DNA of 32,000 nucleotides from Thermoproteus tenax Kra 1 (GTDB lineage Archaea > Thermoproteota > Thermoprotei > Thermoproteales > Thermoproteaceae), in contig NC_016070.1 of the NCBI RefSeq assembly GCF_000253055.1, forward strand, positions 510,001 through 542,000, given 5' to 3'. Positions 18,001 to 24,242 of this stretch are shown piece by piece; positions within the stretch are counted from its first letter, which is position 1, and the number at the start of each line of letters is the position of its first letter. A model generated the notes under the pieces. That model was not told the DNA's origin. It saw only the letters and a list, made by a program, of their open reading frames with translations, and did not search any database. A program made the translations under genes and the position numbers.

Positions 18001-18489
18001 GTGGTGTCACCGTTCCGCATCGTGGAGACTCCTTGGAGGTACAAATACATCGTCAGCTCTGTTGCCGCTCGATCTAACAGCTGTTTCTTCTGTGAATATA
18101 TACAAGATCCAGGACGCGACCGCGAGAACTTGGTGTTCTTCAGGGGGAAGTACTCCATAGGCTTGCTCAACAGATACCCCTACACCTGGGGGCACGTCAT
18201 GGTGGCCCCCTATAGACATCTGAGGGATTTGGCCGAGCTGAGCCCCGAGGAGCTGGCCGGGCTGATAAGGGAGACCTATATGATCAAGAGGGCAGTCGCA
18301 TCTTTGACCAAGTGTCAAGACATCCTCATGGGCGTCAACGTCGGAAGGGCCGCCGGAGCTGGCGTCGAGGCTCATGTACATATACATATAATACCCACTT
18401 GTCAGACCATAGATCCAAATATTGAGCCGGATAGGCTAGAGGAGCTACTGAAGGAGTACAGGGATAAGCTATCTAGGCTATGGAGCTGA
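18001..18489 (+). CDS. HIT-family nucleotide hydrolase/transferase
   Basis: CFFCEYI, YPYTWGHVMVAPYRHLRDLAELSPEE, histidine triad HVHIHIIP. Confidence 0.92.
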   Translation: MVSPFRIVETPWRYKYIVSSVAARSNSCFFCEYIQDPGRDRENLVFFRGKYSIGLLNRYPYTWGHVMVAPYRHLRDLAELSPEELAGLIRETYMIKRAVASLTKCQDILMGVNVGRAAGAGVEAHVHIHIIPTCQTIDPNIEPDRLEELLKEYRDKLSRLWS

Positions 18490-19529
18490 GAAGGCTCTGC
18501 GTCAGCGGCTTCAAAGCCTACGATAGATGTATAGACCTAGAGGGGAGCACATTGATATACGGCCCTCCCAACTCCGGCAAGTCCTCGCTCCTCGAGGGAC
18601 TCTCCATGTTGATGCAGAGCAGGGGGGAGCAGTGGATTCTGCTCGAGGGGCCCTTGCTCATTGTACATGAGGCTGAAGACGTACACAGAGGGGGCGATGT
18701 CGCCTCCCCGTTCACAATAGAGGCCCATTGGAGCTTCGGCGAAAGGATATACGGCTACAGCTACACCTATGCCACAAAGGGGGGCTACGTGGAACAGACG
18801 GTGTTTGAGGACTTCAAGCCCGTCTTGACAGTGGCGAAGAGGGGCCAGAGGGGCGCCGTTATCTATCCGCCCGACTTATCAGCGGAGCTGTGCACTGCGC
18901 CGTACGCAGTCTTGAACGAAGACGTGTTGATACCGTGCGGCGAAGTTGCAGACGAGAGATTCAAGATGGCGGAGAGGATATTGCTCGAGCTGAGAGTCGG
19001 GCTCAAGGACACGTTCTATTACATCAGCGGGAGGAGGCTCGCCGCATGGAAGTACACCTACGAGACGCACGTGGATCTACTGCCGGCGACCAGCGTGGGG
19101 CCCGAGGGGCAGTACACTGTGCACCAGATCTCCCGCATACTGGCGCATCCTCAGTTCGAGCCCCTACGAGATGAGCTGTACAGAGTGTTGAGACAAGCGG
19201 GCATAGATGATGTTAGAGTGGGGCTCATCTCCACGGGGAGACTGGCCATGTACGTTAAATCGAGGGGGGGCTGGACAAATGCCTATAACGTAGGCAACTT
19301 CACGAAGTCTGTCTTGCCCGTCCTAGTACAGCTCGTATTGTCAAACGAGGGCTCCGTTGTGGCGATCGACGATGTGGATCTGGCTGTGCCGGAGGAACAT
19401 GCCGAGGGCCTCTTGTCGATATATCTGGACATAGCCAAGAGGAGGGGGCTTCAGCTGGTAATGGCCGCGAGATCTAGATCCTTCAAAGAGGCAGCGCGTA
19501 GATTGAACGCCACAGTTGTCGAGCTTTGA
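18480..19529 (+). CDS. SMC/ABC-like AAA ATPase, hypothetical function
   Basis: MELRRLCVSGFKAYDRCIDLEGSTLIYGPPNSGKSSLLEGLSMLMQS, Walker B-like GSVVAIDDVDLAV, C-terminal GLQLVMAARSRSF. Confidence 0.8.
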   Translation: MELRRLCVSGFKAYDRCIDLEGSTLIYGPPNSGKSSLLEGLSMLMQSRGEQWILLEGPLLIVHEAEDVHRGGDVASPFTIEAHWSFGERIYGYSYTYATKGGYVEQTVFEDFKPVLTVAKRGQRGAVIYPPDLSAELCTAPYAVLNEDVLIPCGEVADERFKMAERILLELRVGLKDTFYYISGRRLAAWKYTYETHVDLLPATSVGPEGQYTVHQISRILAHPQFEPLRDELYRVLRQAGIDDVRVGLISTGRLAMYVKSRGGWTNAYNVGNFTKSVLPVLVQLVLSNEGSVVAIDDVDLAVPEEHAEGLLSIYLDIAKRRGLQLVMAARSRSFKEAARRLNATVVEL

Positions 19530-19867
19530 AGATAGTGACAGATACCTCGTCGCTCGTCTACCTCGTCGAGAGGAGGCTAGGCCTAGGACCTCTCGAGGAA
19601 CACGTCGTCTTCGTGCCGTATCCCGTCTTGGAGGAACTCTTGGCGCTTGCGCCCTTTAGGCGTAACTTTCGCGTCGCTCTGAGACTGGTGAGAGTACTGG
19701 GCCCCTTTGTGGCGGAGGGCAGGGGCTCCGCCGATGAGGCGCTATTGAGCGCGGCGGCCAAGCTGGGCGCCGCAGTCTTGACGGGCGACAGGCAGATAGT
19801 CGCTGAGGCCAAGAGAAGGGGTATCCCGGTCGCTCTGCTCCACGATAGGGAGATAGTGGTAGTATAG
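19526..19867 (+). CDS. PIN-domain nuclease
   Basis: IVTDTSSLVYLVE...VPYPVLEELLAL...ADEALLSAAAKLGAAVLTGDRQIVAEAKRRGIPVALL; ATGA-type overlap with the ATPase gene. Confidence 0.88.
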   Translation: MKIVTDTSSLVYLVERRLGLGPLEEHVVFVPYPVLEELLALAPFRRNFRVALRLVRVLGPFVAEGRGSADEALLSAAAKLGAAVLTGDRQIVAEAKRRGIPVALLHDREIVVV

Positions 19868-19874
19868 CGGAGAG

Positions 19875-19981
19875 GTAGCGCCGAGGTGGCCGTTGGATGG
19901 GCTTCGACATTGGCGGACAGTTTAAGGCTCTGTCCACGACGGCGGGGCTGGATCTGAACCGCCCTAGAGGCAGAGCGCTAC
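19875..19981 (+). ncRNA. Candidate structured RNA between the PIN gene and rpo7 (possibly H/ACA-like)
   Basis: GTAGCGC (19875-19881) / GCGCTAC (19975-19981) outer helix; GGACAG (19915-19920) / CTGTCC (19930-19935) and GGCGG (19941-19945) / CCGCC (19959-19963) inner hairpins; the outer helix runs into ACA followed by 3+ nt. Confidence 0.28.
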
Positions 19982-19999
19982 AAAGGGGGCGAGGAGGAA

Positions 20000-20008
20000 T
20001 TTATAAAG
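20000..20008 (+). promoter_or_regulatory. TATA-like box for rpo7
   Basis: tttataaag with ATG at 20027. Confidence 0.6.
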
Positions 20009-20026
20009 TATAAGTTTCGATAGTGC

Positions 20027-20596
20027 ATGCCTTTTCGTCTTGTGGAGGCAGAGGACTACATCAGGGTTCCTCCCTCCGACTTCAACAAGCCGCTGGAGGA
20101 CGTCGCACTGGGACAGCTCAGATCCAAATACGAGGGCAAATCCTTTAGAGACCTCGGCTACGTTGTCGCAGTCTTAGACGCCAAAGTCAACAGAGAGGGC
20201 GTGATAATCTTTGGAGACGGGGCAACCTACCACAAGGCCATCTTCCACATATTGACCTTCATGCCGCTCGACGGAGAGGTGGTCCACGGGATCGTTGAGT
20301 CGGCGCGCGAGGTAGGAGTCATGGTCAGAATAGGGCCTGTATTGGGCTTTATAAACAAGATACACCTAATGGACGAGCCCAATGTATTGTTTGACGCAAG
20401 CACCAAAAGCTTTATAGGAGAGAGGACGAAGAAAAAGCTCTCCATCGGCGACGTAGTGAGGGCGCGTATAACCGGGATAAGCTACGTAGCTCAGAAGGAG
20501 GGCGTTGACTTGGCTCTGAGGATAACGATGACCATGCGTATGCCGGGGCTTGGCAAGCTCGAATGGCTGAAGGAAAAGAAGGGCAAGAAGCCATGA
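20027..20596 (+). CDS. rpo7: DNA-directed RNA polymerase subunit Rpo7/RpoE'
   Basis: MPFRLVEAEDYIRVPPSDFNKPLEDVALGQLRSKYEGK...GYVVAVLD...GDGATYHKAIFHILTFMPLDGEVVHGIV...GPVLGFI. Confidence 0.95.
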   Translation: MPFRLVEAEDYIRVPPSDFNKPLEDVALGQLRSKYEGKSFRDLGYVVAVLDAKVNREGVIIFGDGATYHKAIFHILTFMPLDGEVVHGIVESAREVGVMVRIGPVLGFINKIHLMDEPNVLFDASTKSFIGERTKKKLSIGDVVRARITGISYVAQKEGVDLALRITMTMRMPGLGKLEWLKEKKGKKP

Positions 20597-20814
20597 GCAG
20601 AGCTAAGAAGACTTTGTCGGGATATAAGGCCTGTAAAAACTGTAAACTGATCATCCCAGAGGACGCAACTCAGTGTCCGAACTGCGGATCCACCGAGTTC
20701 ACAAACAATTGGCGGGGGATGATAGCGGTCATAGACCCTGAGAAGTCGTGTATAGCTAAGAGGCTGGGCATCACTAAGCCTGGGGTCTACGCATTGGAGT
20801 TGGTGGAGGAATGA
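20593..20814 (+). CDS. spt4: Transcription elongation factor Spt4 (RpoE'')
   Basis: YKACKNCKLIIPEDATQCPNCGSTEFTNNWRGMIAVIDPEKSCIAKRLGITKPGVYALEL. Confidence 0.94.
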   Translation: MSRAKKTLSGYKACKNCKLIIPEDATQCPNCGSTEFTNNWRGMIAVIDPEKSCIAKRLGITKPGVYALELVEE

Positions 20815-21233
20815 CCCTCTCCCCGCCTTGAAGGGCGAGGCTTTCGGTTGTAATCTGGGCAGTTCCTCTCAGCCTCCCTCAACAGCTCGCCCAACTTAAA
20901 CAGGGCGGACCTGTAGACCTCCAGCTCCCTCAACAGAGCCTTATAGTCGGCCTCAGGTAGGTCGACCTCTTCGCCGAATGTAAGCTTGGCGAGGGCAGAG
21001 AGGGCCCCTCCTGTCAATTTCTCGTAGAACTCTACCAACGATTTGATTCTGGACTCAAATATGTAGTAGTCGTTGAGTAGCCTCATGACTTCGCTCTTGC
21101 TCAAGACTACGCTGCATTCATACGCCTGGAGCAAAGTCCTTATGGCCTCTGCCGTAGTCTTGCCGACAGCCTTGATGAAGCTCGGGCTCTCCAACTTGGA
21201 CTTGAGCAAAGATGCCGCGTCCTTCGCATTCAT
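20787..21233 (-). CDS. Helical hypothetical protein whose C-terminus is encoded by repeat copy C
   Basis: MNAKDAASLLKSKLESPSFIKAVGKTTAEAIRTLLQAYECSVVLSKSEVMRLLNDYY...AERNCPDYNRKPRPSRRGEGHSSTNSNA*; start at 21233 preferred over the GC-rich extension to 21371. Confidence 0.7.
   Translation of the reverse strand: MNAKDAASLLKSKLESPSFIKAVGKTTAEAIRTLLQAYECSVVLSKSEVMRLLNDYYIFESRIKSLVEFYEKLTGGALSALAKLTFGEEVDLPEADYKALLRELEVYRSALFKLGELLREAERNCPDYNRKPRPSRRGEGHSSTNSNA
20810..20853 (-). repeat. 44-nt palindromic element, copy C
   Basis: AATGACCCTCTCCCCGCCTTGAAGGGCGAGGCTTTCGGTTGTAA; overlaps the spt4 stop codon. Confidence 0.85.
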
Positions 21234-21244
21234 AGCTCCATTCT

Positions 21245-21356
21245 GCGGCGTTGGCCCCCTCCGAGGGGAGCCCGCCCGCCGCTCCCGTCTTGCAACTGTG
21301 GACGGAGGGTCCCGGGCCACTGGGGGCCCGTGTTCGTCCCCAGCTCGCCGGGACCC
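21245..21356. ncRNA. Candidate structured RNA or structured leader of the minus-strand gene at 20787-21233
   Basis: GCGGCG (21245-21250) / CGCCGC (21277-21282) enclosing CCCCT/AGGGG; GGGTCCC (21307-21313) / GGGACCC (21350-21356) enclosing GGGCC/GGCCC. A possible minus-strand promoter (gcttttaagc) lies at ~21393-21405. Confidence 0.3.
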
Positions 21357-21449
21357 GGGATAACGGCTCATGTCAATAGAGTTCCACGAGCTTAAAAGCT
21401 AGACAGTTGGCCGACCTATCACTCGTCCGTTTGACTGTAGAGACGGCGG

Positions 21450-21478
21450 GCCTCGCCTAAGGCGGGGAGGGGGTCGTA
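21450..21478 (+). repeat. Palindromic element, copy D (shortened loop)
   Basis: gcctcgcctaaggcggggagggggtcgta; reverse complement TACGACCCCCTCCCCGCC..GGCGAGGC matches copy B apart from a loss in the palindrome centre. Confidence 0.7.
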
Positions 21479-21485
21479 CTTTTCT

Positions 21486-24200
21486 GTGTGGGAGGAGGTA
21501 CCCACTCTGTTGATAGCGGCTGCGGCAATCATTTTGGCCATAGCGGCAGTCGTGCTCGGCTACTTCAACCCCCAGGCTCCCGCAGACTACGCATACGCCG
21601 AGGTGGCCCCCATCGTTAAACCGTACAATTCGACGTTCGTCTACATAGGCGCAGTGGGCCGCAACGCCACTGTGACCGAGGTGTCGTACATATACGGCGG
21701 CAGAACCTACACGTTCGCCGTCGACAGACTCGCTCCCCCCCCCCCCCCCAACGGGACATGGCTCGCGGTGGTTCCGTGCGGGGCGAACGTCACCGTCGTC
21801 GCGAGGTACGGCGTAGCCACAAGGGCGCAGACCTGGACTCCCGTGTGTATAAATAGGCCGCAGAAGGTCGTGAGCTACAGCGAGGAGGCCATCAGGGAGC
21901 TTACGGAGTTCGCCAGCTTTGTGGCTCAGTACACGCTCTACAAGTCGATACCTGTGTTGGGCGCATACCTCCGTTTTGGCTCAGTGGAGACGTGGATAAA
22001 GAACATAGGCCCGTTCCCCTACTGGGCAGCCATACCGTCGCGCAATATACCCACTCTCATACTAGAGCCGGGCGAGGGCTTCAGGCTGGACGACTTCACA
22101 ACAACCGTCACCGGCACAGTGTACCGCTGGGTCTACACAGCCGGCATACTTGAGGGCAACCGCCTCACCCTATGGATAAACGGCGTACTCGCCTATAACG
22201 GCACAGTGACCAACGGCATGACGATATATGCGCCGCAGGGATATGAGCTAAAATACATCAACGGCTATCTGGTACCCATCTATAACGGCGCTCCGATCTA
22301 TAATGGCACTTCAGTCAAGAGCAACACCAGCAATACGGTGATCTATAAAACAACGATCAAAGGCTCAGTGATATCTACGCCGCAGGGGTACAACGTAACA
22401 ATAATATTGAGCACGCCCCTTGGTATCGCCTATTTCTATAACGGCACGGCGATATATACGTCACAGGGGTACGAGATAACAATCGACGTACCTCTTCTCA
22501 CCCGCATCCACTCCGGACCACCGGTCGTCGGATCGCCGATCGGTGGATCACCAGTTGGTAACACTGGCAGTGGAGCATCACAGCCCATGATAATATGTAA
22601 CGTGATGATATATGCGTCATCGTATACGCCATCGAATTCTCCAACCTATGTGGCGATACCTGCGAACGGAAGCTGGATGGGCTGGCTCAAATTCGATAAT
22701 GCCCCACTGCCGGTTTCGCCGTTGAGCGAAACGTTGAACATATACGTCATGCCCTCCTCGCCCAATTACACAAGCTCCCTCTTCGGCCTCATACCGCCGT
22801 GGAGGACGTACATGCTCACCGTGAACCCCACGACCGGCGAGGCCTCCTGGTACGACCCCCAGTGCAACGCGATTAACTACTCATGCCTCCGCACAGCCTA
22901 TGTCTCGAACAACTCCGTCCTCTATATAAACGACATGCCGGGCGGGGAGGTGGTGGCCATCGGGAAGTACTTCGTGGTGGGAGTCGGACAGCTAGTGTCG
23001 TATCGGGATACCTATGGCAACGTCCATTATGGAGTCACTATACTGTGGTATCCGTGGGGCGGCGCCAGAGAAGTTATAAATGATGGTAACTCGTTGTGGA
23101 ATGATTTCGGCAACGGCCTCTACACGTGTTACTATAGCGCCTATTACCCAGACCAAAATATTGTGTTCTTCGATGGATTTGAGAGAAACAGCTATACCGT
23201 GGTCTGTGCGATTGGAGGACTGTGGATACAGGGCGGCCTCTTTGGGGGACAGCATGTTGTATCGTTTACTGCCACAGCCTATCCCAACTACACTCTGGTA
23301 GTTACAGAAAACGGCAAAGAGATAGGCTCTGTTACATTCAACCCGAGCCAGTTCCCGCCAGCCCCGCCTATGTTCGTGACATATTCGAAGCCCGCGTCGA
23401 ACTCGCTCCCTGTGGCCGTCCGGTTTGGATCAGACAACTACGTCCAGCTTGTGCCGTTCACCGATAGCAATACTTACGCAGGCTATATCTCCGATGCCAC
23501 CGGCAACTACGGCCTCGGCACGCTCATCTACAAACAGACGTACGACCTCACCGGCGCGTACAATTACACCCTAGTTTTGCAGGGCTATGAATCAAGAAGA
23601 CTCATTAAGACGTATAGGGAGTACGGCGAAGTCGATATACCCCTCAATTTTGTACCTGCAGGTCCTCAGGTCACGATTCAATACAATGGAAAGTGGATAA
23701 CTTGTCCTGTTAAAGTGAAATATTCCCCTGGTAGTATATATCCTCAATACTACTGTGCAATGTATGGATATTATAATGTCTATGTCTATAACATCACTGT
23801 AGTCGAGCAATTGACGCTATACCTCTTCGGGAAGCCTGTCGCGTACGACGCCCTTATGGGCTCTTACGTGTACACTACAGAGACGCCGGTTCCTGTGAGA
23901 CCGCTACAAATAACGATAAAGCCGATCTGTACCCCCACGAAGAGATTGCTTGGCGGAGCTGCGGTGTCCCGATTGGAGGGCAATAATACGTTGGTGACGT
24001 ACTTCAACGAGACGATACAGGTGACCGGATGCGGGCAGGACTACACGTATTATGAGCCCGTGAAGGTCGCTACCTCTATGGTAAACGGTGCAGACTACGT
24101 TAGGGATCCCTACACCGGCCAGCTGTGCAGTTATCCGTATACGACGCAGGATAATCAAACTGGTTGGCTAACTTGCAATAACGGGCGGAGACCAACCTAA
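21486..24200 (+). CDS. Large probable surface/secreted protein with one N-terminal transmembrane segment (GTG start)
   Basis: 904 aa; N-terminus MWEEVPTLLIAAAAIILAIAAVVLGYF; many N-x-S/T sequons; Thr/Tyr/Gly-rich beta-like body. Confidence 0.82.
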   Translation: MWEEVPTLLIAAAAIILAIAAVVLGYFNPQAPADYAYAEVAPIVKPYNSTFVYIGAVGRNATVTEVSYIYGGRTYTFAVDRLAPPPPPNGTWLAVVPCGANVTVVARYGVATRAQTWTPVCINRPQKVVSYSEEAIRELTEFASFVAQYTLYKSIPVLGAYLRFGSVETWIKNIGPFPYWAAIPSRNIPTLILEPGEGFRLDDFTTTVTGTVYRWVYTAGILEGNRLTLWINGVLAYNGTVTNGMTIYAPQGYELKYINGYLVPIYNGAPIYNGTSVKSNTSNTVIYKTTIKGSVISTPQGYNVTIILSTPLGIAYFYNGTAIYTSQGYEITIDVPLLTRIHSGPPVVGSPIGGSPVGNTGSGASQPMIICNVMIYASSYTPSNSPTYVAIPANGSWMGWLKFDNAPLPVSPLSETLNIYVMPSSPNYTSSLFGLIPPWRTYMLTVNPTTGEASWYDPQCNAINYSCLRTAYVSNNSVLYINDMPGGEVVAIGKYFVVGVGQLVSYRDTYGNVHYGVTILWYPWGGAREVINDGNSLWNDFGNGLYTCYYSAYYPDQNIVFFDGFERNSYTVVCAIGGLWIQGGLFGGQHVVSFTATAYPNYTLVVTENGKEIGSVTFNPSQFPPAPPMFVTYSKPASNSLPVAVRFGSDNYVQLVPFTDSNTYAGYISDATGNYGLGTLIYKQTYDLTGAYNYTLVLQGYESRRLIKTYREYGEVDIPLNFVPAGPQVTIQYNGKWITCPVKVKYSPGSIYPQYYCAMYGYYNVYVYNITVVEQLTLYLFGKPVAYDALMGSYVYTTETPVPVRPLQITIKPICTPTKRLLGGAAVSRLEGNNTLVTYFNETIQVTGCGQDYTYYEPVKVATSMVNGADYVRDPYTGQLCSYPYTTQDNQTGWLTCNNGRRPT
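21735..21749 (+). repeat. Homopolymer tract of 15 C
   Basis: gctCCCCCCCCCCCCCCCaacggg, encoding five consecutive Pro codons (LAPPPPPNGTW) near the protein N-terminus. Confidence 0.97.
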
Positions 24201-24215
24201 ATCAGCAAACAACGG

Positions 24216-24239
24216 TTTTTTACGCTCTCCCTCTTTTTT
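24216..24239 (+). terminator. T-rich archaeal-type terminator after the 904-aa surface protein gene
   Basis: ggttttttacgctctccctcttttttc immediately after the stop at 24200 and just before the next start. Confidence 0.45.
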
Positions 24240-24242
24240 CTT

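Noticed and set aside
19875-19981. tRNA interpretation of the branched structure upstream of rpo7
   Set aside because: Anticodon-arm-like hairpin has a 9-nt loop and no consensus T-arm is present; kept only as a generic RNA candidate.
20815-21371. N-terminal extension MSRYPGSRRAGDEHGPPVARDPPSTVARRERRAGSPRRGPTPQNGA of the minus-strand ORF
   Set aside because: Extension translates strongly structured GC-rich sequence; start at 21233 (MNAKDAASLL) is more protein-like.
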